From Candidatus Aenigmatarchaeota archaeon (lineage in GTDB: Archaea; Aenigmatarchaeota; Aenigmatarchaeia; CG10238-14; SpSt-28), in assembly GCA_038997165.1 (NCBI GenBank), contig JAWBAK010000001.1:338337-402336 (forward strand): a stretch of DNA of 64,000 bases. Reading direction: 5' to 3'. The position numbers and the translations under genes were made by a program. The first letter of the stretch is position 1; each line of letters opens with the position of its first letter. Of this stretch, positions 21,632 through 33,153 are shown piece after piece. The notes below the pieces were generated by a model. The model was not told the origin of the DNA. It saw nothing but the letters and a program-made list of their open reading frames with translations, and did not search any database.

Positions 21632-22195
21632 ATGGTTAAAATAATTAAATATTTAAGTATATTAACTTTGTTATTTTTTTTAATCTCTTTTTCACATACT
21701 TTTACTCCTTATAAATTTTCTATAATATTACCAAAAAATCTAAATACAAAATTAAATGAAGAAGTTCAAATATCTTTAATTGTAAAAAATATTGGAATGA
21801 TTGGCGATCGATATAACATATCTATTATTCCATCTACTCAAGATATATTTATTTCTTCAAATTTTTTTGAATTTTTATTAGAGCCACAAGATTCAAAAGT
21901 AGTGCCAATAAATTTAATTGTTTACTCAACACTAGGTAATAAATTTATTAATGTAACTGTGTGTAGTTTAGGTTTATTAAATCAAATTAGAGTAGAAAAT
22001 AAAGGTAGCTTTATTTGTAATTCTGAAGAATGTGAACTAAAAGAAGGTTATTCTTGTATTACATCTTTAATAAATTTAAGAGTTGCAACCTTTAGTTTAG
22101 GAGAACATATAAATGAATTTATAATATTTCTTCTATTTTTGATAATATTTGTGATTTTGTTAAGTTTTGTGGAATATAGGCGCCAGAAGCTTTAA
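21632..22195 (+). CDS. Hypothetical exported protein with C-terminal TM
   Basis: Signal peptide plus C-terminal anchor. Confidence 0.55.
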   Translation: MVKIIKYLSILTLLFFLISFSHTFTPYKFSIILPKNLNTKLNEEVQISLIVKNIGMIGDRYNISIIPSTQDIFISSNFFEFLLEPQDSKVVPINLIVYSTLGNKFINVTVCSLGLLNQIRVENKGSFICNSEECELKEGYSCITSLINLRVATFSLGEHINEFIIFLLFLIIFVILLSFVEYRRQKL

Positions 22196-23009
22196 AATGA
22201 CCACCACCATTAAAGAATTTCGCTATATTATGAACATCTATATCTTTTATACTTCTAAATTCTAATTTTACTCCTTTAAAGCCTCTATAAATTATTATTA
22301 AAAAATCTATATCTTTTTCCTTTAAATATTCAAAAACTATATATGGTGGTATAGTGTTTTTTGTTTCTAAAACTCCAACATTAAGATTTTTTATCCTAAC
22401 AATTTCAAAATTTTCTTCAATAAATTTTTCAAAATCTTTTTTTATTTTTTCAAATTCTATCATAGAGTTTTTAACATCTTCTTTATTTATAAATTCTTCT
22501 GGACTAAAATTTAAAATTTTTTTTGCAAGAAAACTAAAATATTTATTACACAATTTTCCATACTTTATTTTTAAATGTGCAAAATAATCTCTAATGATTT
22601 TTGCTTCTTCTCTTTTACAATTATTTGTATCTATTTCATTAACTATTTCTATCCAAGGAGAATAGAAATTAAAGTAATTACCAACTAAATTTGAGGCGCT
22701 TTTACTTTTTGAATCTATTATTATTTCAAAATTTTGAAAATTTGGAATTCTTTCATTTATATGATGATCTATCCAAACAACTTTTTTAAATAGAACAGAT
22801 GAAATTTTTGCAATTTCTTCTTTAATACTTAAATCAAAGAAATAAATATTATTGAAATTTTGAATTTTTGAAAGAACTTTAAAGAATGTATATTTAAATG
22901 AAAGATTTGAAGTAAAATATATTTTAGAGTTTTTTTGAAATTTTAGTGCTATTGCAGCACTTATTAATCCATCTAAATCATTATGCGAAATTATTATATT
23001 TTCCTCCAT
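22119..23009 (-). CDS. DHH/DHHA1 phosphoesterase
   Basis: HNDLDG, WIDHH, GGGHFKASG. Confidence 0.9.
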   Translation of the reverse strand: MEENIIISHNDLDGLISAAIALKFQKNSKIYFTSNLSFKYTFFKVLSKIQNFNNIYFFDLSIKEEIAKISSVLFKKVVWIDHHINERIPNFQNFEIIIDSKSKSASNLVGNYFNFYSPWIEIVNEIDTNNCKREEAKIIRDYFAHLKIKYGKLCNKYFSFLAKKILNFSPEEFINKEDVKNSMIEFEKIKKDFEKFIEENFEIVRIKNLNVGVLETKNTIPPYIVFEYLKEKDIDFLIIIYRGFKGVKLEFRSIKDIDVHNIAKFFNGGGHFKASGAYIPQNLTKSQILSKIEEIL

Positions 23010-23776
23010 TAAATAAGTAATAAAGTTTCTATAAAAGCACCTATTAATAGTAAAATAACTCCAACAAAATATAACCTTATAGAATCTATTAGAATATATT
23101 TTGAATTAAATTTTTTCTTTATAAAATAAGAAGAAAGTAGTATTCCAGCTGATGTTCCAAGAAAATATGCAATAAATTCAAAAATACCATGAGGCATAAA
23201 TGTTAAAAATCCAATTAGAATTCCTTGAATTCCATGGGAATGAATCATAATTCCTATTGCAGCTGCTAATATTGTAATATTCCAAACTAATACTATTAAT
23301 ATTCCTCCATATATAAACGAAAGAATAAATGATAATGTTAAAACACCAAAATTATTTAGGAAAATTTTTATAAATCCTTCTCCAAAAATAAAATTTCCTC
23401 TAATTTTTTCAATAGTATTTATTTGCTGCTTAAAAATTTCATTTACTATTTCTTTTGGTAAAAAAAGAAATAAGCTAGTTAAACCAAATAGAATACCAAA
23501 AAATATTATTAAAAAAGATTTTATAGTTTCATAATGTCTTTCAACGAAACTTTCTTTAAATCTATATATGGATTTTTTCATATTCACTAAAATTAATTTT
23601 CTTAATAAAGGCCAAATAGTTATGGAAATAAAAAATGTAACAAATATTCCTACAAATTCTCTAAATATTACGTATGAAATATAAACACTTATAATAGAAA
23701 CAATTGAACAGTATAAAAATGCAATAAAAGGGTTTCTTTTTAATAAATTTTCATTAATTAAAGATTCGAGTACCAT
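23009..23776 (-). CDS. SpoIIM-like membrane protein
   Basis: IFLNN, PHGIFE, AFIE. Confidence 0.85.
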   Translation of the reverse strand: MVLESLINENLLKRNPFIAFLYCSIVSIISVYISYVIFREFVGIFVTFFISITIWPLLRKLILVNMKKSIYRFKESFVERHYETIKSFLIIFFGILFGLTSLFLFLPKEIVNEIFKQQINTIEKIRGNFIFGEGFIKIFLNNFGVLTLSFILSFIYGGILIVLVWNITILAAAIGIMIHSHGIQGILIGFLTFMPHGIFEFIAYFLGTSAGILLSSYFIKKKFNSKYILIDSIRLYFVGVILLLIGAFIETLLLI

Positions 23777-23783
23777 AATATTT

Positions 23784-24203
23784 ATGAAAATAAAAATTAG
23801 TAAGAAAGTACTAGTAATGCTTTCAACAATTTTAATTATATTTCTCTTTCTTTCGTCATATTTACCTAGCTATGTAAATAATTCTTATTCTTCTTTTTTA
23901 TCAGAAGAAAATATAAATTTTTTTGAACCAACGAGAGAGTTAAAAATATATTTGTTACAAAAAGGAAAAACAATTGTTTTGATTTATGGTTATTCTAATA
24001 TTTCAATAAATGAATTAAATAACTTAGTAGAAATTTTTTCAAAAAATGTATATTTCTTTTTAATTAATTCTTCAATAACTCAAGCATTTATAATTTCTCC
24101 GATTTATGAAAAAACAATTTTCAATATTTCGTATTATAATTTGCTAAAAGAACTATGTAGAGCAAGTTTGGAAGCGCCGATAGAATGTATAGAAATAATT
24201 TAA
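23784..24203 (+). CDS. Hypothetical protein with N-terminal TM
   Basis: ORF fills the gap; signal anchor. Confidence 0.5.
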   Translation: MKIKISKKVLVMLSTILIIFLFLSSYLPSYVNNSYSSFLSEENINFFEPTRELKIYLLQKGKTIVLIYGYSNISINELNNLVEIFSKNVYFFLINSSITQAFIISPIYEKTIFNISYYNLLKELCRASLEAPIECIEII

Positions 24204-24775
24204 TTTTTTGCGGTATTGATCTAGCTGGAAGCGAGAAAAGAATTAGTGGTATAGCGTTTTTAGATAAAGATTTAAATGTTAGATGTTATTCTGTTTTTTC
24301 AAATGAAGAAATTATAGAAAAAATAGAAAAATTTAAGCCAATTATTATTTCTATAGATGCTCCGTTATCTTTACCTAAAGGAAGAAAAAGCTTAGAAGAA
24401 AAATCAAATATTCATTTCAGAAAGTGTGATTTAGAATTAAAAAAATTAAAAATAAAGTTTTTTCCACTAACGCTAGGTCCTATGAGAAAATTAACAGAAA
24501 GGGGGATTTTTTTAAAGAAGCTTTTAACTAAAAATGGTTATAAAGTTTTAGAAACATTTCCTGGAGCGTTTTATGATTTAAATAAAATAGATAGAAAAAA
24601 TTTTAGAGAAATTCTTAATTTTTTTAAAAAGATTTTAAATATAAAATCTAAAATAAAAAATCTACATGAGTTAGATGCAATAACTTGTGCTTATATTTCA
24701 TATTTATATTATAATGGCAAAACAAAAGAAATTGGAGAAAAAGAAGAAGGAACGATTATTATACCTAGAATTTAA
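24185..24775 (+). CDS. DUF429 family predicted nuclease (RNase H fold)
   Basis: GIDLAG, IDAPLS, ETFP, DAITCA. Confidence 0.8.
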   Translation: MYRNNLIFCGIDLAGSEKRISGIAFLDKDLNVRCYSVFSNEEIIEKIEKFKPIIISIDAPLSLPKGRKSLEEKSNIHFRKCDLELKKLKIKFFPLTLGPMRKLTERGIFLKKLLTKNGYKVLETFPGAFYDLNKIDRKNFREILNFFKKILNIKSKIKNLHELDAITCAYISYLYYNGKTKEIGEKEEGTIIIPRI

Positions 24776-24986
24776 TTTTTTTAATTTTTTCAAATTCTAT
24801 ATTTTATTTCAAATTCTATATTTTATTAACGATTTAATCTATTTTAAAAGTTTAACTGCTATAGTAATTTTTTTTCAAAATTTAATAAATCCTCTATCAA
24901 TTCTAATTAGATTTTTTGACGGAATAAAAAATTTAAATATTTTAGAAATAAATACTTTTTTAATAATTTTTTTCATTTCTTTCTTT

Positions 24987-25688
24987 TTATCCTTTTTTAA
25001 AATAAGAAAGAATAGTAGAAACATTAGAAAAACCTCTTAAAACATATTTTTCATTTATTACTATTGATGGAACAGAATTTATTTCAAATAATTCATTTAA
25101 AATTTTTATTTCATTTAAATTCCAATCTTTATCAATTATAAAGAAATAAGAATCTATATTATATTCTCTCAGCTTATCTAGTTCTTCTCCTTGATTTATG
25201 CAATCAGCTCCACAAAAAGATGAATAAAAGTATAAAAGCGTTGAAATATTTGTATCGCATTCTTTTTTATATTTGATTGTTAAAAAATATGAAGTTGACA
25301 TCATTTTCATATATTCCGATTTTAATTTCAAATATTCATCAGAGAGTTTACTTTCAAATTCATATTCTTCTACTCGATATGGCAAGCTTTTTGCTATTAC
25401 ATTGAAACTATAATCTCTTACTTTATTAATTATATTTTCTAATAGTTTACATTTTGTTTTTTTGTCTAAAAAATCTAGAAATATAATTTCTTTATAAGAA
25501 TTAATTTCTTCATTTAGACTTTTTGTTTGAAAGTATAGATAATTTATTTTTTCTATTAATTCTTTTGTATAAAAAAATTCGAATATTTTAAATCCCATGT
25601 AAATGCCAATAAAATAGAAAATTAGAGTTAAAATTAGGGTAAAAGAAATTATTCTAATAATATTTCTTTTTTCTCTCTTTATTTGCAT
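24987..25688 (-). CDS. Membrane-anchored protein with C-terminal thioredoxin-like domain
   Basis: YFYSSFCGADCINQG; VPSIVIN. Confidence 0.6.
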   Translation of the reverse strand: MQIKREKRNIIRIISFTLILTLIFYFIGIYMGFKIFEFFYTKELIEKINYLYFQTKSLNEEINSYKEIIFLDFLDKKTKCKLLENIINKVRDYSFNVIAKSLPYRVEEYEFESKLSDEYLKLKSEYMKMMSTSYFLTIKYKKECDTNISTLLYFYSSFCGADCINQGEELDKLREYNIDSYFFIIDKDWNLNEIKILNELFEINSVPSIVINEKYVLRGFSNVSTILSYFKKG

Positions 25689-27160
25689 ATTAATATATAT
25701 AGATTAGCTTTTTCAATTTCTTTAATTATTTCTTTACAATAATTTTTTGCTTCTTCAATATTTATAAACACCTTTTTAATATCTTCGAGCTCGAATCTAA
25801 AAACTTTTTTAAAACCAAATTCAATTGGTGATTTTTCATGCACTACATTATTTTTCCAACGATTTAAAAATAATGTTTCGTTTAATTCTTTTTCATACCA
25901 ATTAGAATCTGGAGAAAAAATTTCATAAATTGTTAGATTTCTACTTTCTACAAAATTTTCATAGTACCAAAAATGTATACTTAGATAATATGGAGTAACT
26001 ATTATTTCTTCGTTTGATAAATATTTTACTATTTCGTTAATTGGAAAATAAATAAAATTTTCATTTAAAAGTAGATTTATTCTATAAATTGTATAGTCAA
26101 TGAAACTAATTGGTAGTAAAATTATAAGAAAAATTTTATTGTATTGAGATAAAATAATTAAAAATGTTATTAAAAGGGCTAGAGAAGAGTATACGAATTG
26201 TCTTGAAAGTACCAAATATCTTGAAGTGATAAATGAAAAAAATATATTAAAAAATAATATTGTTAAAAAAATTGAAAAGTAAATGAATAAGTATTTATCT
26301 CTTCTATTTTTTATTAAATAAATAAAAATAGGTATAAGAAAAAATATTTGAGTTAATATTTTTATAAATATCGAAAAAAAAGAAGAATAATCAGAAGAAA
26401 CAACAGTTTGTTCCTTATATAATTCGATTGGAAAAGTAGAAAGAAAAGTTAAATAATAATCTTTATAATTTTCATAATGTTTTGTTACTTCGCTCCAACC
26501 TTCATATATTTGAAAAAACTTAAATAGAAAAAATAAATAAAATAATAAAACAAAACTAGAAATTGATAAAAATTTAAAACTATTTATAAAAAAATTTTTG
26601 ATTTTTCTTTTTTCAAATTTTAAAAAATAAAAGAATTTTGGAATAATTAAAATAATGTTAAAATAGAAGATTAGTAAGCTTATAGAATCAATAATAATAC
26701 TTTTCTTTAAATCTTTTAAATTTTTCTTTTTTAAATATTTAACAAAGAAGAGGAAGGAAATTGAAGAGAGAAAAAACGAGAGAGAATAAGGTCTTACAAG
26801 TATAGATGAATAAATTAGAGGAGTAAGGCATAGAGAAAAAAGAACTATTATTTCTTCTATGATTCTTAGTTTTCTTATATTATTAATAATTTCTAAAATT
26901 AAAACTATACTAAACGAAATTAAAATAGAATTTATCAATCTAATATATTCAATTCTAAATGTTAAATTAGTTATTGGTTTTATAAAAAAATAGTAAGTTG
27001 GAAGCTGTGATTCCCAAGTTATACAGTTACTAAAGTAAATAGAACAATGTAAACTAACAAGTTCATCTATAAATGGATCTTTTGAAAAGGAGAACAAAAA
27101 AATTATAACAAAACTTATTATCCAATATATTAAGTACCTTTTTGTTTTTTCTTCAAGCAT
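25679..27160 (-). CDS. GT-C type membrane glycosyltransferase
   Basis: FIDE loop, PTYY, RPY; many TM; next to a Dol-P-sugar synthase. Confidence 0.65.
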   Translation of the reverse strand: MLEEKTKRYLIYWIISFVIIFLFSFSKDPFIDELVSLHCSIYFSNCITWESQLPTYYFFIKPITNLTFRIEYIRLINSILISFSIVLILEIINNIRKLRIIEEIIVLFSLCLTPLIYSSILVRPYSLSFFLSSISFLFFVKYLKKKNLKDLKKSIIIDSISLLIFYFNIILIIPKFFYFLKFEKRKIKNFFINSFKFLSISSFVLLFYLFFLFKFFQIYEGWSEVTKHYENYKDYYLTFLSTFPIELYKEQTVVSSDYSSFFSIFIKILTQIFFLIPIFIYLIKNRRDKYLFIYFSIFLTILFFNIFFSFITSRYLVLSRQFVYSSLALLITFLIILSQYNKIFLIILLPISFIDYTIYRINLLLNENFIYFPINEIVKYLSNEEIIVTPYYLSIHFWYYENFVESRNLTIYEIFSPDSNWYEKELNETLFLNRWKNNVVHEKSPIEFGFKKVFRFELEDIKKVFINIEEAKNYCKEIIKEIEKANLYILICK

Positions 27161-27164
27161 TTTA

Positions 27165-28244
27165 TTATATGTATACTTTTTTCATACTTAAAATATAGTT
27201 AAATAGGAATACGACAAAAATTCCAAACAAGTTTGATATTAAATAATAAATTTTAAAGATCTCAGTTAAAGTTATTAGAACTACTAATCCTATAATGATT
27301 CCTATACCTCTTACTAAGTTTGTTTTAATCATCCTTATCAAAAAATTTTTTAATCCTCTTCTTCTTAAATCTGAAAAAACTAAGAATTCACATAGAATAA
27401 AATTCCATAAAATACTTATTTCGAACGAAGCAATAGCAGAAAAAACGTAAAATATATTGAAATATTCTGTTAATAAAAATAAAAAAAATTCATTAATAAA
27501 AATTCCGCTAATTCCTACCAATGAAAATTTTAATAATCTTTTATACTCTTTTGTATCTATTAGCAATACGAAAAACAATTTTATAAAGTTTATTATTTCT
27601 TTAAAATTCATTTTAGACTTTCCATATCTTCTTTTTTCAAATTCAAATGGAACTTCTATAATTTTTAGTTTTTGTTTAGAAAGCAGTTCAAAGAGAAATT
27701 TAAAGCCTATGCATCTTATATTTTTTAAGTTTATCTTTTCTTTATTTAGTATAAAAAAACCAGAAAGAGGATCAGATATATTTTTTAAGTTAGGAAAAAA
27801 CGAAGAAATAAAATAAATTGCCGTTTTTGAAAAAATTTTTCTAATTTTAAATCCATATATTTTACTTTCTCTAAGAAACCTACTAGCTATAGCTATATCA
27901 GCATCATTTTCTATTAATTTATTATATAATATTGGAATAATTTTTGGTGGATGCTGAAAATCTGCATCCATTACGCAAACATATTTATATTTAGCTTTTT
28001 CTATTCCAAATTTTATTGCACTTGCCAATCCTCTTTCTTTTTTTCTAACAAAAACTCTTATTCTATTATCTTTTATTTTTCTTGCTTCTTCATACGTTTT
28101 ATCAGGACTATTGTCATCTACAACAATAATCTCAAAAAAATCAAAATTCTTTTCACATATCTTTATTATTTCTGGAATTATTTTTTTAATATTTTTTCTT
28201 TCATTATAAGTTGGTAATATGATTGAAATACTTTTTTTATTCAT
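27165..28244 (-). CDS. Dolichol-phosphate mannosyltransferase-like GT2 with C-terminal GtrA domain
   Basis: LPTYNE, VDDNSPD, MDADFQHPP. Confidence 0.9.
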   Translation of the reverse strand: MNKKSISIILPTYNERKNIKKIIPEIIKICEKNFDFFEIIVVDDNSPDKTYEEARKIKDNRIRVFVRKKERGLASAIKFGIEKAKYKYVCVMDADFQHPPKIIPILYNKLIENDADIAIASRFLRESKIYGFKIRKIFSKTAIYFISSFFPNLKNISDPLSGFFILNKEKINLKNIRCIGFKFLFELLSKQKLKIIEVPFEFEKRRYGKSKMNFKEIINFIKLFFVLLIDTKEYKRLLKFSLVGISGIFINEFFLFLLTEYFNIFYVFSAIASFEISILWNFILCEFLVFSDLRRRGLKNFLIRMIKTNLVRGIGIIIGLVVLITLTEIFKIYYLISNLFGIFVVFLFNYILSMKKVYI

Positions 28245-28250
28245 AATATT

Positions 28251-29513
28251 ATGGATAAATTTATTTTTTACTATGTCTCTTTACTAATTCATAATATAGC
28301 ATTAATACCAGTGGTATTTTTTTCTTTTTTATTTTACTTAATGCTAATATTTCATTTATTTCTTTCTGATACTAAAGAAAGATGTAAACTTAAAAAAAAT
28401 TTTTATCCATTTATATCTATACATATTCCAGTTTATAATGATTTAATAGCTATTAGATGTATTAAAAAATGTTTAGAATTAGATTATCCAAAAAATAAAT
28501 ATGAAATAATTGTTATAGATGATAGTGATGATGAAAATGTAAAAAAAGCTATTGATAATTTTAAAGATAAAATAAAAATATTAAGAAGAAATACAAGAGA
28601 AGGATTTAAGGCGGGTGCACTAAATTATGCATTAAAATATTCAAAGGGAGATATAATTGTAATTTTTGATAGTGATGAAATTCCACCAAAAAACTTTTTA
28701 AGAGAAATTGTTAAATATTTTAGTGACAAAAAAATTGCCATGGTTCAAGCAAGACTAAATATTTACAATTCTAATCAGAATTTAATTACTAAATTTGCAA
28801 GTTTATTACTAAGTTTTTATTACAATATAATTCTTTCTTTATTTTATAGATACGAAGCATATCATTGTGCGGGTTCTGCTGTTGCAATAAGAAAAGATGT
28901 ATTATTAAAATTGGGTGGTTGGAATCAAAAAAGTGTAACAGAAGATGCCGACTTTAGTTTAAAATTAGTATTAAATGGATATAAAGCAGTTTATGTTAAT
29001 AATTTAAAAGTTAAAGCAGAAGTTCCATTTTCTTTAATTAGTTTTCTTAAACAGCAAGCAAGATGGACTTTTGGTTTGGTTAGAGGATTCATAGAAAATT
29101 GGAAAAAGATAATTTTTTCTGATCTAATCAATATTAAACAGAAAAGCCTAATATTTTTTCAAATGTTTTTAAATTATTTGCTTGGAATTTTTATATTAAT
29201 TTTTACATTTTCAGGATTTTTTGTATTTATTTTTGGTGAGCCAAGAGAAGCTACTTTAGAAGATTTAGTAAAAACTTTTTCTATATTCTTTTTGACTTCA
29301 GGATTCTTATCAAATCTATATTATATAGCTTTGAAAGAAAAAATAAAAGTTAAGTTTGAATTAATTTTTGTTCTTTTAACACTTGGATTTATTTTATTAA
29401 TAAATAATTCAATATATTTTTTGAAGGCTTTTTTTACTGATAAATTTTATTGGCATGTAACGCCAAAATCACTTAGTAAGCCATCTCAGCTTTTTAAAAA
29501 GAATAAAAAATAA
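28251..29513 (+). CDS. Processive GT2 glycosyltransferase
   Basis: FKAGALN, DSD, TED, QQARW. Confidence 0.85.
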   Translation: MDKFIFYYVSLLIHNIALIPVVFFSFLFYLMLIFHLFLSDTKERCKLKKNFYPFISIHIPVYNDLIAIRCIKKCLELDYPKNKYEIIVIDDSDDENVKKAIDNFKDKIKILRRNTREGFKAGALNYALKYSKGDIIVIFDSDEIPPKNFLREIVKYFSDKKIAMVQARLNIYNSNQNLITKFASLLLSFYYNIILSLFYRYEAYHCAGSAVAIRKDVLLKLGGWNQKSVTEDADFSLKLVLNGYKAVYVNNLKVKAEVPFSLISFLKQQARWTFGLVRGFIENWKKIIFSDLINIKQKSLIFFQMFLNYLLGIFILIFTFSGFFVFIFGEPREATLEDLVKTFSIFFLTSGFLSNLYYIALKEKIKVKFELIFVLLTLGFILLINNSIYFLKAFFTDKFYWHVTPKSLSKPSQLFKKNKK

Positions 29514-30719
29514 AGTAAACAACATTATAATATTTTGAAAAAGAAAATATGGAAAAACAAAAAAGGAAATTAGAAAATCTTTTATATCTTTTTCTTTAAA
29601 ATAAATTAAAGAAATTAAAATTAAGATAAATGTTAGAATTCCTGATAAGACTCCTAAAAAAGAGGCAATGTGAAATTGCCAAATTCCAAGTGTAACTTTA
29701 TATAAATAATTAATATTTCCAAAAAACGAGAACCAAAAGAAAAAATACATAAAAATTTCTATTAAATTTTTCTGAAATTGTAGCCAATAAAATATTTGAT
29801 AAATAATTAAAGGAAAAATTATTAAAGAGAAAGGAAACCAAAAAATAGTTAATGGTAAGCTATATAGACCTAAAGAGGAATATTTTGGATTAAAAATTAC
29901 ATTTTTATAATCTTTTATGCATTGAAAGATTAAACTATTCCATCTAATTCTTTGCTTTGCAAAACTCTTTAAATTATTAGGAGCAATTGTATATGCAATG
30001 ATATTTTTATCTATTAATACTTTATAGCCTTTCATTTGAATTCTTATTATAGTATCTATGTCTTCGCTATAACTTTCTTTGAACATTACTTTCTTCAAAA
30101 CATCTTTTCTAAACATAGTAGCGCAACCCCAAATATATAAGGTTCCTAATTTTAGCGAATTTAATCCAAATCTAATTAAATTTTGATAATTGTATTCAAC
30201 ATTTTGAAAATATGTTATTAAGTTATTCTTATTTTTTATTTTTAAGGCAGAGGTTACTACGGCAATTTTCTTATCTAAGTAAAAATTTTCTACCATTTTT
30301 TTAATAGCATTTTTATTTTCAAGAACTGTATCAGCATCGATAATAAGAATAAAATTTCCTTTACTTTTTTTTATTCCATAATTTAATGCAAAATGTTTTC
30401 CTCTGTTTTTTTCAAATCTATATACTTTTGCATATTTTTTTGCTATTTTGCTAGTATTATCTTTTGATCCATCATCTATAACAATTATTTCCAAATTTGG
30501 ATAATTTTGAGATTTTATATTTTTTAAAGTATTTTCTATATTATTTTCTTCGTTATAGGCAGGTATTAATACAGTAACTTTTGGATATTTTTTAATATTT
30601 AATTTTCTTTTTGGAGCTTTATTAAGCAAAGATTTAAGAAATAAAAATAACCAGCTTAAAAGTATTATATCTAAAGCTAATAAAGGAAAAATTGAAATAT
30701 TTAATACAATATCAATCAT
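29469..30719 (-). CDS. Processive GT2 glycosyltransferase
   Basis: PAYNEE, DAD, SED, QRIRW. Confidence 0.85.
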   Translation of the reverse strand: MIDIVLNISIFPLLALDIILLSWLFLFLKSLLNKAPKRKLNIKKYPKVTVLIPAYNEENNIENTLKNIKSQNYPNLEIIVIDDGSKDNTSKIAKKYAKVYRFEKNRGKHFALNYGIKKSKGNFILIIDADTVLENKNAIKKMVENFYLDKKIAVVTSALKIKNKNNLITYFQNVEYNYQNLIRFGLNSLKLGTLYIWGCATMFRKDVLKKVMFKESYSEDIDTIIRIQMKGYKVLIDKNIIAYTIAPNNLKSFAKQRIRWNSLIFQCIKDYKNVIFNPKYSSLGLYSLPLTIFWFPFSLIIFPLIIYQIFYWLQFQKNLIEIFMYFFFWFSFFGNINYLYKVTLGIWQFHIASFLGVLSGILTFILILISLIYFKEKDIKDFLISFFVFPYFLFQNIIMLFTLFFILFKKLRWLTK

Positions 30720-30761
30720 AATGGAAAATTAATTGATCAAAATTTATTAAATTATGTAGAT

Positions 30762-30833
30762 GGCCCGGTTAGTGTAGTGGCAGCACAGGGGCCTGTGGAG
30801 CCCCTAGGCCGGGTTCGAATCCCGGGCCGGGCC
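30762..30833 (+). tRNA. tRNA-His (GTG) with encoded G-1
   Basis: Cloverleaf; GGGGC-CT-GTG-GA-GCCCC; G-1 opposite C73. Confidence 0.95.
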
Positions 30834-30864
30834 TTAATAGAATAAAATTCATTTTAAATTGTAA

Positions 30865-31651
<787 letters not shown>

Positions 31652-31678
31652 ACATATATTAGGAAATTATATAAATTT

Positions 31679-31999
31679 ATGCTATTTAAAAAATCTTTTG
31701 TTTTGATAATTTTTCTAATTCTTTTTTTATCTATTTCTTTTTCCTTTGAGGAAAAAATAAATAATATAATTTCCTTTCCTATGAAAATTGGAGAATTTCT
31801 ATATAAAAATTTTGGTTTAGAAAATTTGGTTGGAAAATATTTAAAGACTTTAAGCGAACCAACTAAAACAATAGTAGTTATAATTTTTCTGATTATTTTA
31901 ATTTTTATTTTTATATTTTTTATAAAAAATTTAATTTTATCAATAATTGCTTTTTTAATTTTTTGTTTAATAATTTATTTATTATTTCAATTTTTTTAA
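31679..31999 (+). CDS. Hypothetical membrane protein
   Basis: Hydrophobic ORF; start moved to the ATG after rpl23. Confidence 0.5.
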   Translation: MLFKKSFVLIIFLILFLSISFSFEEKINNIISFPMKIGEFLYKNFGLENLVGKYLKTLSEPTKTIVVIIFLIILIFIFIFFIKNLILSIIAFLIFCLIIYLLFQFF

Positions 32000-32000
32000 T

Positions 32001-32522
32001 ATGGTAAAAAAATTTTATTATATTCTTCATCCAAGACCTGTATATATTATAGGTTCTGGAAGTGTTAAAAATAATGAAATAAATTTTATGGCAGCATCTT
32101 GGGTAATGCCAGTAGCAGAGGATGTACCTTCAATATGTTTAGCATGTGATAAAGAGCATAAAACTTTTGAATTAATTGAAAAATATAAACAATTTTCTGT
32201 TAATGTTGTGGAGGATATAAATTTAATTTGGAAAGTTGGAAGTATAAGTGGGAAAAAAATAGATAAAGTAAGAGAATTTGGACTAAAAGTAATTAGTGGA
32301 AAAGTTTTAGATGTTCCTATTTTAGAAAATAATTTAGCTTTTTTAGAAACTAAAGTTATAAATTTTATAGATATAGGTGAGGTTAGATTATATATATCAG
32401 AAGTAAAGAATTTTGGAGGAAACTTAGAAGAATATGGAATAAAAGAATATTGGAAAATTCCATTACATAGAGGCGGAAAAGTTTTTGTAAACATTTCAAA
32501 AGGATTAAAGTTTATTAAATAG
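32001..32522 (+). CDS. Flavin reductase family protein
   Basis: HPRPV, NFMAASW, GSISG. Confidence 0.85.
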   Translation: MVKKFYYILHPRPVYIIGSGSVKNNEINFMAASWVMPVAEDVPSICLACDKEHKTFELIEKYKQFSVNVVEDINLIWKVGSISGKKIDKVREFGLKVISGKVLDVPILENNLAFLETKVINFIDIGEVRLYISEVKNFGGNLEEYGIKEYWKIPLHRGGKVFVNISKGLKFIK

Positions 32523-32535
32523 TTAAAAATATTAT

Positions 32536-33153
32536 ATGACAAAAACATTTAAAATCAAAATTAAATTATCTTATATAATAGCAATTCTAATAGTTTCTTT
32601 AATTTTTATTATTATCTTTTTTAATTCTTTTAGATTTAGTGAAAATGAAATTAAATTAAAAGATTTAATAGACAGTAATGATATAATAATTGGAAACACT
32701 TCTTCTAATATAATTTTAATTGAATATAGTAGTTTTGATTGTTCAGCATGTAGATTTTTTCATTTAAATTATTTTGATAATATAGAAGATGCAATAAAAA
32801 ATAATAAAATAGCATATGTTTTAAGATTAATACCTCTAAAAAGAAATGAATTAAGTATAAATCTTATTAAAATTGCTTATTGTTCTATGAAATTAAAAAA
32901 CTCTTTAGATGTTATTAAGTATATTTTCAAAAATTATGTAGATATAAATTCTGTTGAAGATATTTATAAAGTTTTTAATGAAGATATTTCTGAATTAAAA
33001 ACTTGCGTAAATAGTATAGAAGCTGAAAATTATGTAAAGAGTTGTTATAAAAAATTTATTGAAAATAAAATTGAAGGTACACCAACCTTTGTTTTAATTA
33101 AAGATGGTGAAATTAAAAAAATTGTTGGTGCTCAACCAATAAATTTAAATTAA
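32536..33153 (+). CDS. DsbA family oxidoreductase
   Basis: EYSSFDCSAC, GTPTF. Confidence 0.8.
   Translation: MTKTFKIKIKLSYIIAILIVSLIFIIIFFNSFRFSENEIKLKDLIDSNDIIIGNTSSNIILIEYSSFDCSACRFFHLNYFDNIEDAIKNNKIAYVLRLIPLKRNELSINLIKIAYCSMKLKNSLDVIKYIFKNYVDINSVEDIYKVFNEDISELKTCVNSIEAENYVKSCYKKFIENKIEGTPTFVLIKDGEIKKIVGAQPINLN

Noticed and set aside
24687..25040. 117-aa hydrophobic ORF
   Set aside because: GTG start deep inside the DUF429 gene and no clear alternative start; a small membrane gene cannot be excluded
32027..32548. 173-aa antisense ORF
   Set aside because: Mirror of the flavin reductase gene with no recognisable motifs; the same applies to the other short nested or antisense ORFs in the track
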